53,804 bases of DNA, taken from NCBI RefSeq assembly GCF_004010195.1, contig NC_057711.1:70944467-70998270 (forward strand), written 5' to 3'. The notes under the pieces are model-generated. The model saw only the letters and a program-made list of their open reading frames with translations. It was not told the DNA's origin and searched no databases. Of the stretch, positions 12,999-25,474 are shown in pieces; positions within the stretch are counted from its first letter, which is position 1, and each line of letters starts with the position of its first letter. The position numbers and the translations under genes were made by a program. The DNA comes from Chiloscyllium plagiosum. Lineage: Eukaryota.

Positions 12999-13802
12999 TT
13001 CTACAAACTACCCACCCTCCTATTATAACTTGAAATCCATTTGGCAAACTCTCCCATTAGCTGTAGCAGCAACCTCCACATTTCGTATTCTGCCCTTTCC
13101 CATGCTAAAGTCTTCACCCCATTCTTTCAAGTTTTGAAGTTTATGGGACAAAAAGAAGTTACAAGCTAGAACATTCCAAATGCTAGAGATCTTATTTAAA
13201 GATATGAACATGTTTATCATATAGTGTTTCCTGATTCTATTTATTTTAATCATCAAGAACTTGACAAAGTACACAGTGAGGTGGTGTCTCCTTGTTCCAA
13301 TCTTATTTGTCTCATTGCATCCAGAGTGTCATTTACAAAGACTTGTGTTCTTGCTGTTGCAACGTTTTACCTATGCTGCCTTCAGGAATCTACCCTTGAT
13401 TTCCTTTTTTTCATTTACATGCTGCCTCATAATAACATCTTTGATGTCACTATTAGTGTTCAGTTGTGCTCTGAAAACAGACCACTATTTCCCTGTTGTG
13501 AACTTATCAGACTGCTTAAAGTAGAACTCTCACTGATTTTTTGTTCTTTTATTTTGTTCTATTTTAAGTTTTTGTTTGGAGCTGTGAACTGAGAACTGTG
13601 AGCTAAAAATGATCTTTGGACAGCAGCTTATGTTAAAAAAGTGGAAAAGAGAACAAACATGTTCTTGGTTGTTTGTGAGATCAGGCTTAGAAGTTACAGG
13701 TTAGTTCTTGATCAGAAGGTTCTACAGATTCTTTGACACTAGGTGAGAGCAGTATGCTTAAACAGATAGCAGATGTTTAGCCATTAATAATATTAGTACT
13801 TG

Positions 13803-13892
13803 TACTGAAGAAGAGCCAGTAGACCCGAACTGTTAATTTTCCACAGATGTTGCCAGACCTGCTGAGTTTTTCCAGCAATTTCTGATATTTTT
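13803..13892 (+). mobile_element. Old PLE terminal fragment, family C
   Basis: Starts ctgaagaagagccagtagacccgaactgttaa, followed by gccagacctgctgagtttttccagcaatttctg. Confidence 0.65.
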
Positions 13893-16858
13893 TCAGTACT
13901 TGGGAATTGATTGGAGCTAGACTGCGAGATATCTTATCCTCAAGCAGATGGCAGGTGTTGAATGGTAACTAGGATCTCAGGGAAAAAATTCAGTCTGACA
14001 TAGCGAGGCCAGAGTTTTGAATTGGGTTTTGGATTGTCTTTTCTGTGAGAAACAGTCTGACTGTTGATCTTACAGCAACAAGATTGAAAGCTCTCATTCT
14101 GACCTCTCATTATCAGCTATTGGAAGTTCAGAGAATAGAAACTAAGTTATAAATATTACTGTCTTCAACACAGTGAACTGGAAAAGGTGGCATTGATTGA
14201 TCTGTTCAGAAAATCAGCCATCATCATCTGTGTCTGTGCAACAATGCACCATGGAAACCATTTAAGTAATCTGGACAGCTTCATGAAATCTTTTGTTTAT
14301 CCCTTAACTGCCATTGTTTGCCAGTCTGTCTTTTGTGTGAATGGGATTGAAAACAATGATTATTGGGTTTAAATCATAGACATCAATTAGTTTATTTTGT
14401 TGTTTAATTTTGCTCTGCTAAAGTCATTATATTGCTAATCTTTTGTTGAAGCTACAGACGTGATATCTAAAAATGCTTCTCCATAGAGTCTGGAATTGCT
14501 ATTCAACAAGTCTGGTCATGAATCATTGGGGCCAATTTCGAGGTTTGTTAAAGATTTTTATTTTACTAAGTTGTGAATACAGAGTAGAAAAGTTGATTCA
14601 GTTTGTCTCAATATCGTAACATTATCCAACCTCTACTACTGAGCAGGTATTTCCCCTGAATGAATACTGGGAAGATTGATGCCATTGTTTTTGCTCTCCA
14701 CTTGTTGTAATCCCAGTTGATGTTACTACTGAACAAGTCAGATCCCAGAAGCAAATCTGGCTTAATTGATCATATTTCCTAAAAATGTAGCAGTCATTGA
14801 AACATAAGCACACATTGGTTGCAGGAAGTTTATTTTTTTAAACTGAACCAAAATTTCTACATATAGCACAATTAGGCAAAACAATATCTCACCTACTCCC
14901 TGGTAACATCACCTTTTAACTTAAAAAATCCAGGGAAATTGACCTCCCTGTCTAATCTGTAGATATGATACAAATGCTTCTTTTAGTTACATGCTAATGT
15001 GCTCTGAGGACTTTGTATTTGAACCCTCACACAATTGAAGGCTTAAATTTTCTCTTGTCTTCTTTTTCAGGACTACTGTGAATTGAACCTAAACGTTTTT
15101 AAATTAAATTTTAAATAAAAAGCTTGCTTATCCTAGATTCCGCACAATTAATGGCTAAATGATTCCCCTATCCTATTACAAACTCCACAAAATAAACAAG
15201 CGTCCATTAATGTTGCATGGGTCCTTTCAGTTAGCTGCTCTCTCTAACACATATTGACTTTAAATTCATGGTTCCGGAAAGACTGACCTAATTTAAACCC
15301 TTCACAAAAACAGACCCACACACATATACCACTAGATTGATATCCAAATTCTTTTAAAATATCATACATTTCAGACTCTTTTCTCTCTACCCAACTCTAT
15401 CTCTCTACCTGACAGTAGCCTACAGTTGAACCAGTTCAACAGATGTTAGACTTTGAGATCAGTTCATGACCATGCAATCACGAAGACAGTAATTTCTGCA
15501 TGTGCTGCAGAATGCCCCGTCCATGCTTCTTTAGCTCTTGCCTTAACTATTTCAATACACTCCTGGCTAGTATCTCACTTTCCACTCTTACAAATTTGGA
15601 ATAATGCAAAATTCTATTGCCCAGTGTTACCACTCACTATGTCCTTTTCTCCAACTACCCCTTGCTTGTTGACTGACATTTCTTTTCATTTATCTGTAGA
15701 ATCCCTACAGTGCGGAAACAGGTCATTCAGCCCAAAGAGTCCACACAGACCCTCTGGAGAGCATCCCACCCAGACCCAACCCCGACCCTATACCTGTAAC
15801 CCTGCATTTCCCATGGCTAATGCACCTAACCTAGATTTGGAGGTGTCAGTGTTGGGCTGGGGTGAACAATCACACAACACCACGTTATAGTCCACAGATT
15901 TATTTGCAATCACTGGCTTTTGAAGTGCTGTTTCTTCATCAGGTGGTTATGGAGCAAAATCATAAGATACAGACTTTATAGCAATGGGATTGCAGTGTCA
16001 TGGAATAGAATGTTAAACAATTTAGCTTAAGTCTTTTACCTTTTAGAATGATCATGTTAGTTTCAGTTCCTTCATATGTAAATCCCAGAACTTTTTTAAA
16101 GTTACATTCTCAAGATAGCTTTTAACAATAGTTGTCATCTCAGCTCAGATAATGCATTGAAGGCGTGAAGTTAAAGTCTGTCTGTGTCACAATGTTAGGT
16201 CAGACTGATTCTATTTCTAAAGTTGGACTTACAGAAGAATCTTGCATGGATTTATGCAGTTTTTGAGCAAAATAAAATGTAATTCTGCGACTAAACATTC
16301 ACCCCACAAACTGTATGTGTGATCGTGCAGGGGAGACCAAGTGAGTGTGTGCATGTGGGTGTGTGTGTAGGGGTGGGAGTGTCTGTGAGAGAATGGGTAT
16401 CTGTGTGTGAGTTTAATGAGGTATACATCTGTGAGAGGGTGCGTGTATGGTTGTGAGTGTGGGGTGCGTGTGCGTGAGCATATGAGAGAGAGCTTGTGTG
16501 TGTGTGTGTGTATATATAGTGTAATGGGGTCATCTTTCGTGTGACATGAACCCAAAGTCCCGTTGAGGCCATCCCCATGGGTACCGAACTTGGCTATCAG
16601 CCTCTGCTTGGCTACTTTGTGCTGTTGCCTGTCTCGAAGCCTGCCTTGGAGGATGGTCACCCAAAGGTCCGAGGTCGAATGTCCCGGACTGCTGAAGTGT
16701 TCTCCGATTTGGAGGGAACACTCCTGTCTATTGATTGTTGTGAGGTGTCCATTCATCCGTTGCCGTAGCCTCTGCTTGGTGTCACCAATGTACCATGCCT
16801 CAGCGCATCCTTGTCTGCAGCATATGAGATAGACAATGTTGGCCAAGTTACATGAGTA

Positions 16859-17067
16859 GAAAGTGAGGTCTGCAGATGCTGGAGATCAGAGCTGGAAATG
16901 TGTTGCTGGAAAAGCGCAGCAGGTCAGGCAGCATCCAGGGAACAGGAGAATCGACGTTTCGGGCATAAGCCCTTCTTCCTGAAGAAGGGCTTATGCCCGA
17001 AACGTCGATTCTCCTGTTCCCTGGATGCTGCCTGACCTGCTGCGCTTTTCCAGCAACACATTTCCAG
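16859..17067. mobile_element. Short hairpin insert derived from the PLE family A terminus
   Basis: Perfect inverted arms 16891-16978 and 16981-17068; TSD caagttacatgagta at 16844-16858 and 17068-17082. Confidence 0.95.
16977..17008 (+). ncRNA. Minimal type I hammerhead ribozyme motif
   Basis: tc-CTGAAGA-a-GGGC-ttat-GCCC-GAAAC-GTC-ga; full core, loopless palindromic stem III (ACGT), stem I only 2 bp. Confidence 0.75.
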
Positions 17068-18717
17068 CAAGTTACATGAGTACCTGCCGTGTACATGGTG
17101 AGTGGTGCCCCCAACTGTAATGGTGGTATCTATGTCGATACTGTGACACGTCCTGCAGCGTCTGCTGTGACAAGGTTATATGGTGTTCTCCTAATAGCTG
17201 GGCAGTTTGCTACAAACAATGATCTGTTTAAGGTTTGGCGGTTGTTTAAAGGTGAGAAATGGAAGTTTAGGGAAGGTTTTGGCAAGGTGCTCATCCTTGT
17301 TGATACTATGTTGCAGGCTGGGAAGTACTGAACAACAAAGTGTATCCTGTCGGTTGCAGCTCATGTCTGTCTTCTGAGGAGGTCATTATAGTTTCTCACT
17401 GTGGCGGTCGATGAATTGAGTATCGTACCCCATTCTCATGAGAGCATGTTTGAGTACTTTCAAGTGTCTGTTACATTCCTCCTCAACTGAACAGATCCTG
17501 TGTATGGGGAGGGCTTGTCCATAAGAGATGGCTGTTTTAATACCTAACCTACACATCCCTGAAACTCTATGGGTAATTTAATATGGCCAATCCACCTAAC
17601 TTTGCACATCTTCCCACCCAAACAATATCTTTATGACTAAAATATTGCACATGTTTTCACACCCCGCTAAACTCACTCTTTCCAGAACAAGATTTAAATT
17701 CCAAATTCTAAACCACAAGTTCACAATTACTTCTGGATCTTTATCCTGCATCAAGATAGAAATGCCCATGCATTACAATTCTGATTCACAAATAGTTTAA
17801 TTAGGCCATTGTCATGAAAAGCACATAGGACTGAAGCAGTAGCAGGCGAGAACGAAAGTGTTGTCAGCATTCAGGCTGCTGTTCCTCCAGCAAGTGAAAG
17901 CATGATCTGAGCAGAGGTCAGTGGGATAAGGAGAGCATCTATGCTCACGCAATCCCCAGGTTTTCTCATAACTTATTGGAAATGCTATTCGTGGCAATAA
18001 CTGCATGCAGAAACATTGTCTTCCCTGTTAGAAAACATGCAAGACTGACAAAGCAGAACGTGGCTGGGGGTTATAATTTTGGTCAGCAACAGAGGAGTGA
18101 TGTAGAATGCAGTGCCAAAAATATTTCAGGTACCTTATTATGTCTGACAAGAATCAGAGATGGTATCACTCCTGGTCATTGGTCACCAGAATACCAAGGA
18201 AAGGGACACTCTAAAAGTACCTTGAGGTCTTTTCATTGTGGGAGAGGAATGTATCCGTCTGGGGTTAGGGTTACTGTTATGGTCAGGATTATGGGTCTTG
18301 ATGGCCCATAAACATGGGTCAGAATTCCTGGTTCTATCAGCAGGAGACTGCCGTGCAAAGTTATACGTGAATGAGAAGCTGCAAGTAAAGAGAGAGGGAG
18401 GCCTTGTGTTAATGGCACCACCTTAAAAGAAAAAAGGATCGTTTGAATGCTCAGGGTGAACATCTAACTTGCACAACTTGTGGTACTGACATGATTTAGT
18501 GAGTCAGTGCTTAATGTGGCTAGAATGCCAATCCTCAGACATACCAAGGGAAACAGAGTAATGGGAGCCTGCCAAGACAGGGTGAATCCATCTCAAAATC
18601 TCTACATTCAAGGGGTGCACTCTCTGTGTGTCATAGAGTCAGTGTAGTGTCTTTGGTCAGTCAGTATTTCTAAGTATGGACAGTAACATCAGCAAGCACA
18701 GAATCCAAACTATCTTA

Positions 18718-18930
18718 GGTGGCATGGTGGCAAAATGGTTATCACTGCTGCCTCACAGTGCTAGGGACCTGTGTTTGATTTCAGTCTTAGGTGACCGTCC
18801 GTGTGGAGTTTGCATGTTCTCCCCATGTCTGCATATGTTGTCTCCGGATGTTACAGTTTTCTCTCACAGTCCAAAGATGTATAGGTTGGGTGGATTGACA
18901 ATGCTAACTTGGCTGTAGGGGTGTATGGGC
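18718..18930 (+). mobile_element. HE1-type V-SINE, diverged
   Basis: ggtggcatggtggc..ctgctgcctcacagtgctaggg..gtgtggagtttgcatgttctcccc..cagtccaaagatgt. Confidence 0.85.
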
Positions 18931-19245
18931 AAGCTAGATTATGGTTTGAATTGCTACAGCTATATTAATCAATTGTAATTTTCTCATAGACTCAAGCGTT
19001 AATGGGTAGCCCTTTGCTGTCTGGGTTCTTTTGGGGCATTGGTTGTAAGTACTGCTGTAATCAAGGTTATAAAGTCTGGTTATACTATGACTGTTCTGAT
19101 TGCCTTGCATTGCCAGCTTGTTCTTAACTGAATGATGTAGAAACTCAGCAACTCTATAAATTCTCACTATAATATACATTAAATTGGATTCAGGTCTGCA
19201 ATATATTGTATTCCTCTGTTCCTCTTTGAGTCTCAGTCACATATA

Positions 19246-20520
19246 GGACTTGCAGCTTAATGTTCTTGGATACAAATGCTACAGGAAAAATATAAAGGGA
19301 AGCAAGAGAGGAGGGGGACTGGCGTCTTTGATAAGGGATAGCATTACAGCTGTACTTAGGGAGGATATTCCCAGAATTACATTCAGGGACGTTATTTTGG
19401 TGGAACTGAGAAATAAGAAAGGGATGATCACCTTATTGGGATTGTATTGTAGACCCCCTAGTAGTCCGCAGGAAATTGAGAAGCAAACTTGTAAGGAGAT
19501 CTCAGTTATCTGTAAGATTAATAGGGTGGTATGGCAGGGATATTAACTTTCCAAACATAGACTGGGACTGCCATTGTATTAAGGGTTTAGATGGAGAGGA
19601 ATGTGTTAAGTGTGTACAAGAAAATTTCTGATTCAGTATGTGGGTGTATCTACTAAAGAAGGTGCAAAACCTGACCTACACTTGGGAAATAAGGCAGGGC
19701 GGTAATGAGGTGTCAGAGATGGGGCATTTTGGGACCAGTGACCATAATTCTATTAGCTTTAAAATAGTGATGGAAAAGGATAGACTATTCAGTATGTGGA
19801 TGTATCTACTAAAGAAGGTGCAAAACTTGACCTACACTTGGGAAATAAGGCAGGGCGGTAACTGAGGTGTCAGAGATGGGGCATTTTGGGACCAGTGACC
19901 ATAATTCTATTAGCTTTAAAATAGTGATGGAAAAAGATAGACTAAGTCTAAAAGTTGAAGGCTAATTTTGATAGTATTAGGCAAGAACTTTCAAAAACTG
20001 CTTGGGTACAGATGTTCGTAGATAAAGGGATGGCTAGAAAATGGCAAGCCTTCAAAAATGAGATAAGGAGAATCCAGAGACAGTACATTCCTTTTAAGGT
20101 GAAAGGAATGGTTGGTAGATGTAGGGAATGCTGGATGATGAGAGATATTGAGGGTTTGGTTAAGAAAAAGAAGGAAGCATATGTCAGTTTAGACAGGATA
20201 GAGCAAGTGAATCCTTAGAGGAGTGTAAAGACAGTAGGAGTGTACTTAAGAGGGAAATCAATCGGGCAAAAAGATGACATGAGATAGGTTTGGCAAATAG
20301 AGCTAAGGAGAATCTGTTAAGGACAAAAGGGTAAGTAGGGAGAGAATAGGGCCCCTCAAAGATCAGCAATGCGGCCTTTGTATGGAGCTGCAGGAGATGG
20401 GGGAGATACTAAATGAGTATTTTGAATCAATGTTTGCTGTGGAAAAGGACATGGAAGATAAAGAATGTAAGGAAATAGATGGTGACATCTTGAAAAATGT
20501 CCATTTTAAAGAGGAGGAAG
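19246..20520 (+). mobile_element. CR1 ORF2 endonuclease and linker fragment with ~156-bp tandem duplication
   Basis: GYKCYRK..KRGGGLASLIRD..LGLYCRPP and GTSDHNSISFKI; 19631-19786 is repeated at 19787-19943. Confidence 0.9.
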
Positions 20521-20602
20521 AGACTCCAGAAATAATATCTGCATGACTGTCACAAAGCAGTGGGATTAATCATTGAATAAAAAACACAAAGTGAGGGGAT
20601 CT

Positions 20603-20613
20603 AAGATGGCGGC
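20603..20613 (+). promoter_or_regulatory. YY1-type motif at the L1 5' terminus
   Basis: AAGATGGCGGC matches the YY1 consensus, 8 bp inside a G-rich element start. Confidence 0.6.
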
Positions 20614-20776
20614 GATCTGAGAAGATCACACTGCAGAGCTTCGCATCGCAGCAGGAGCAGGACGGTCCTTTAACCCACCCAACCCAGGTCATCAGGATTT
20701 CTTGGGCATTGGAAAGATTGTGGAGCCCCAAGAAACATTTAAAAATTGACTTACCTGTATTTTCAGCTGTCCAGAA

Positions 20777-21591
20777 ATGCCTAAAAAGGGAGGAGGAGCA
20801 TCTGAGGCCAGGCCTGCAGCTCAGCTGTGCAGCCTCCGAGCCAATTACTCTCCAGGACCTGGTGAACCAGCTCTCAAAATCTCGCGAGATGTTGGGGAAA
20901 CAGATTGAAGAGAAGCTGGCTCCACTTCTCTCTCATGCTGCAGAAGCATGAGCAGCAGCTAGGAGACCTGGAGAAGAGGACGGATGAGGTGGAGCACAGG
21001 GTCACAGTGGTGGAAGCTGATGCCAGTTCATTTAAGGAAGAGATCCAAGCACTGAATACGCAGGTTTGTAATTTGCATGACCAAGTGGATGATCTTGAAA
21101 ACAGGGGCAGGAGAAAAAACATTCGGATCATCTGTCTGCCTGAGGGTAAGGAAGGTGAGCGGCCTGCAGAATTTGTTGAAGATTGGCTTCCAAAATTCCT
21201 TGACTTGGAGACTGGCATGAGAGGATTGAAGATAGAGAGGGCTCACCTGGTCACAGCGCGGAGGTCAGGTCTAGGTCAACGCCCTCATCCTTTCTTGGTG
21301 CAGTTCCATCATTACCGGGATAAGGAGAGAGTCATGAAGGCTTCCAGACTCCAGGGGAAGGATCCAAAGGCCCTAATTTACAAGGGGTGTAAGATCATGT
21401 TTTTTCAGGACTTTTCAATGATGGTGATCCAGAAACGAAAATCATATGATGGTGTCAAGAGAAGATTGAAGGAGCTTGGGATTCAGTACTCCCTGAGATA
21501 TCCGGCAGTGCTTCGGATCACCTTAGATGGATCCATGCATCTCTTTGACACATCGGAGAAGGCAAGAGACTTTGTGGACAAACTAACCTAA
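20777..21591 (+). pseudogene. L1 ORF1p (coiled coil, RRM, CTD), frameshifted near the N-terminus
   Basis: DDLENRGRRKNIRIICLPEG, IERAH, FFQDFS, YSLRYPAVLRIT; candidate ATG at 20777 needs two frameshifts to join the 228-aa ORF. Confidence 0.9.
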
Positions 21592-22192
21592 TTTAAACAA
21601 TTGCAGTATGTATAAATATTGTTGCTTGGGTATGCGTTTATCATTTTGTAAAAGAAATGGAGGAAATCCGGTTGGAGCTTTGTTTTTCCCTTTTTTTTCC
21701 TCTGTTGATAATAATTTCGTTCAAACTTTATCTGGTGGTGGTTAGGATGTACATTTTAAATTTCTAAGTTAGGACATACCAAAGGATGGTGGGGTATTTA
21801 TTCCCCCTTTTTTTTATAAAAGAATGGGTTTTTTTATTCATATTGATATTCTATGGGGTGTTTATTCTTTTCAGCTTATGCTTGCGATGTGGATCTAGCT
21901 GGGAGAGATGAAGGTGGTTGAGATGGTTAGATGCCTATTTACGGGCAGTCAGGAAGGCGTAGTTGCCCCCTCCGGGTAGGGGGTGAGTTCCCTACTCAGC
22001 ACTATTGGCGCTTTATATGTTGGTTTGTTTTCTGGTTTTCGTTGTTTTTTTTAAATAATTTTGTATGTTTGTTAAATGTAGTGGTTTTAGTTTATGTAGT
22101 TTTTATATTTGATGGACCATGCGACACTAAGGCTCAGCAATTTGTGGTTCGGGTTCCTCCTCTCTGGAATTTAAATGTAATTGCAGAAGATT

Positions 22193-24974
22193 ATGACTAA
22201 TGATTTGATTAAATGGTGTGCCTGGAATATCAAGGGAAGTCACTCACCAATTAAAAGGAATAAGGTACTCTTGTGTCTTAGAAAGGAAAAGGTGGATATT
22301 GCTTTGTTACAGGAGACACATTTGGATGACAAGGAGCATCTGAAATTACAGCAGAATGGCTTTGACCGAGTTTATTTTTCATCATTTAATACCAGAATTG
22401 GGGGAGTGGCTATATTGGTAAGGAAAAATCTCTCATTTAAATTATTGGAATATGTTAAAGACACATACGGGAAGTTTGTAATTCTTAAAGCCTTGATAAA
22501 TGGGGAAGAATATGACATTTTAAATGTTTAATGTCCCCCAGCTCATCCTCTTAATTCTTGGTAGATGCTTTTTCTAAACTGATAAATTTCAAGTCTCGGC
22601 ACATCATTATAGGGGGAGATTTTAACTGCCTCATGGACCCCACAGTAGACAGGTTGCCTAAAGGTCCCTTGATATCCTCTGCACAAACTAAACAGTTATT
22701 GGGTTTGTGTGGGGAATTAGGATTGGTCGAAGTCTGGAGGTGTCTACACCCTACAGGTAGGGTTTTCACGTTTTTCTCCAATCCGCACAGATGTCACACG
22801 AAGATTGATTTTTTTCTGACCCCTGCGGTAACCCTGGATCTGGTGGCATCCTGTATGATTGGTAATATTGCCATCTCTGATCACACTCCAGTGTACCTCA
22901 TGGTAAAAATTAAGGATGTTACAGTGGATTCAAGGTACAGGTGAATGGACCCCTTTATTCTCATGGACAGCATGTTTGTGGAGTATTTCTCTAGGGAATA
23001 TCGGGCATTCCTAGACATCAACATAGGCTCGGTTGATAGCTCATCTGTTCTCTGGGAAACTGCCAAAGCTTATGCCAGAGGGTTAGTTATTTCATATTCC
23101 ACAAGTAGAAAGCGGCAGAAGGGTGAACAGCAACGTCTCCTTGAAGCACAGTTGAAGGCAGTCGAGAAGGCCTATTTTGACAGACCCTCATTGGTCAAAC
23201 TACAGAGGATTACGGCACTGCGGTCTCCACTAAATTCCGTGCTCACGCAGACGGCAAAGAAGGAGCTGGCTTTTGCAAAGCAAAGGTTATACGAGCATGG
23301 TGACAAGCCAGGCAAATACTTAGCATACCTTGCCATAAAGAGAAGTGCCCCACAAACCATTACAGCAATTAGGGAAGGGTCTGGGAACCTAACATGTGAT
23401 TCTAAAAAGATTAATGTGGCGTTCCAGAGATTCTACTCTAAGTTATATCAGTCTGAGAATTGTGAGGAAGGACAGGCCAAAATGGAATCATTTTTTAGAG
23501 ATCTGAAGCTCCCGGGTGTCACTCCCGAACAATAGTCCTTTCGCAATGCCCCATTATCAGAGCAAGAAGTGCAGGAAGCTGTGAGGCAGCTTCAGAGTGG
23601 AAAGGCTCCCGGACCTGATGGACTTCCCAGTGAATTCTATAAGGAAGTTATAAGTATACTGTCAGGTCCGATGCTGAATATGTTTAATGATTCATACAGT
23701 CATGTTTGTTTCCCACTATCTTTGAGAGAGGCCAATATTTCACTTATCCTTAAAAAAGGGAAGGATCTGGAAGACTGTGCTTCATACAGGCCCATCTCGC
23801 TTTTAAGTGTGGACTTTAAGATCCTCTTTAGGGCTCTTGCGTTAAGGTTGGAGACTGTGTTACCCTCCATTATTAAAGAGGATCAGACGGGCTTCATAAA
23901 GGGTCGCAGATCCTCCAATAACGTTAGGAGGCTGCTTAACGTAATTCAAGCATGCCAACAGCAGTCAATACAGGGATTGGTGATTTCTTTAGATGCAGAA
24001 AAGCATTTCACCGAGTTGAGTGGCCGTACCTTTTCTATACTCTAGACCGGTTTGGTCTGGGCGAAGTTTTCATAAGATGGGTAAAGGTTCTCTACAGTGT
24101 ACCTCTCGCTGCGGTCATTACCAACGGGGTTCGATCAAGCAATTTTAATATTTCTTGGGGCAGCCGGCAGGGCTGTTCCATTTCACCATTACTTTTTACG
24201 TTGGTGATTGAACCGTTGACAGAGGCCATTCGTGGGGATCTCAATAGATCAGCTCCAGAAGTGGGATCAAAATTACATAAGATCTCGCTGTATGCAGATG
24301 ATGTTCTAATTTTCTTGACAAATCCAGCAGTCTCAGTGCCTTGCCTAATACAATGCATTCACACATTTGGCGCTTTTTCGGGGTGTAAGATTAATTTTGC
24401 TAAATCAGAGGCTATGCCTATGGGTGGTCTTACGAAAGAATTGGCTCTTGAGAGTTACTGTAGATTCTCATTTAAGTGGTCACAGGGGGGTTTTGTGTAT
24501 TTGGGCATATTCATTACTCCAGTTCTGGATTGGCTGTTCAAAGCCAATTTTACTCAATTATTTGAAAAAATTAAACAAGATCTCCAAAGATGGGAGGCAC
24601 TTCCAGTCTCATGGTTGGGACGGATAGCGCTTATTAAGATGAATATTCTCCCTCGTTTGCTATACCCTATACGGATGCTCTGCCTGATTTTCAATAAACA
24701 AACACTCAGGAGACTGAACAGTTGTTTCAGTTCCTTTATCTGGCACCGTAAATGGACCCTCATTAAATTAGCTAAACTGCAGTTGCCTCAGATTGGGGGG
24801 AGTAGACCTTCCGGACATTAAAAATTACCAATTAAGCTCACTCTTGACCTTCGTAAGTGATTGGGTTTGTGGAGACCCTCTTTCAATATGGCTAGATATC
24901 GAAGTCTCCCAGGCAAGGTGCCCCTTTACTAGTTTCCTGTATTTGGACAAGGTGAGGACAGTTAGGGAATATTG
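22193..24974 (+). pseudogene. L1 ORF2p (endonuclease and reverse transcriptase) with several stops and frameshifts
   Basis: WNIKG, LLQETHL, GGDFN, ISDH, KAPGPDG, SYRPISLL, QTGFIKGR, SLDAEK, GSRQGCSISP, YADD at 24291-24302. Confidence 0.95.
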
Positions 24975-25474
24975 NNNNNNNNNNNNNNNNNNNNNNNNNN
25001 NNNNNNNNNNNNNNNNNNNNNNNNNNNNNNNNNNNNNNNNNNNNNNNNNNNNNNNNNNNNNNNNNNNNNNNNNNNNNNNNNNNNNNNNNNNNNNNNNNNN
25101 NNNNNNNNNNNNNNNNNNNNNNNNNNNNNNNNNNNNNNNNNNNNNNNNNNNNNNNNNNNNNNNNNNNNNNNNNNNNNNNNNNNNNNNNNNNNNNNNNNNN
25201 NNNNNNNNNNNNNNNNNNNNNNNNNNNNNNNNNNNNNNNNNNNNNNNNNNNNNNNNNNNNNNNNNNNNNNNNNNNNNNNNNNNNNNNNNNNNNNNNNNNN
25301 NNNNNNNNNNNNNNNNNNNNNNNNNNNNNNNNNNNNNNNNNNNNNNNNNNNNNNNNNNNNNNNNNNNNNNNNNNNNNNNNNNNNNNNNNNNNNNNNNNNN
25401 NNNNNNNNNNNNNNNNNNNNNNNNNNNNNNNNNNNNNNNNNNNNNNNNNNNNNNNNNNNNNNNNNNNNNNNNNN
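24975..25474. other. Assembly gap (500 N)
   Basis: Run of N; the round length suggests a placeholder size. Confidence 0.99.

Larger units (their letters stand above)
15834..17541 (-). mobile_element. Penelope-like element, family B, 5'-truncated, with GIY-YIG endonuclease remnant
   Basis: ORF 16229-16846 NIVYLICCRQGC..WYIGDTKQRLRQRMNGH..IGEHF..LIAKFGTH..GLN; terminal sequence homologous to 41403-41605; GT-rich 3' UTR; 10-bp TSD. Confidence 0.92.
15697..17612 (-). mobile_element. HE1-type SINE split into 15697-15833 and 17542-17612 by a PLE insertion
   Basis: Both halves match the reverse complement of the SINE 3' and middle regions; acctaaccta is duplicated at 15824-15833 and 17542-17551. 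Confidence 0.75.
20595..24974 (+). mobile_element. L1-clade LINE, 5'-complete, disabled; 3' end lost in an assembly gap
   Basis: 5' ggggatctaagatggcggcg, then ORF1, ~600-bp spacer and ORF2 with APE endonuclease and RT. Confidence 0.95.

Noticed and set aside
13580..14621. Possible solo LTR ending in cgtaaca
   Set aside because: No matching 5' end with TSD, primer-binding site or polypurine tract identified.
16859..17067. Interpretation as a MITE or a miRNA precursor
   Set aside because: The arms are not terminal on both sides, the sequence matches PLE termini elsewhere in the window, and the 15-bp TSD fits retrotransposition.
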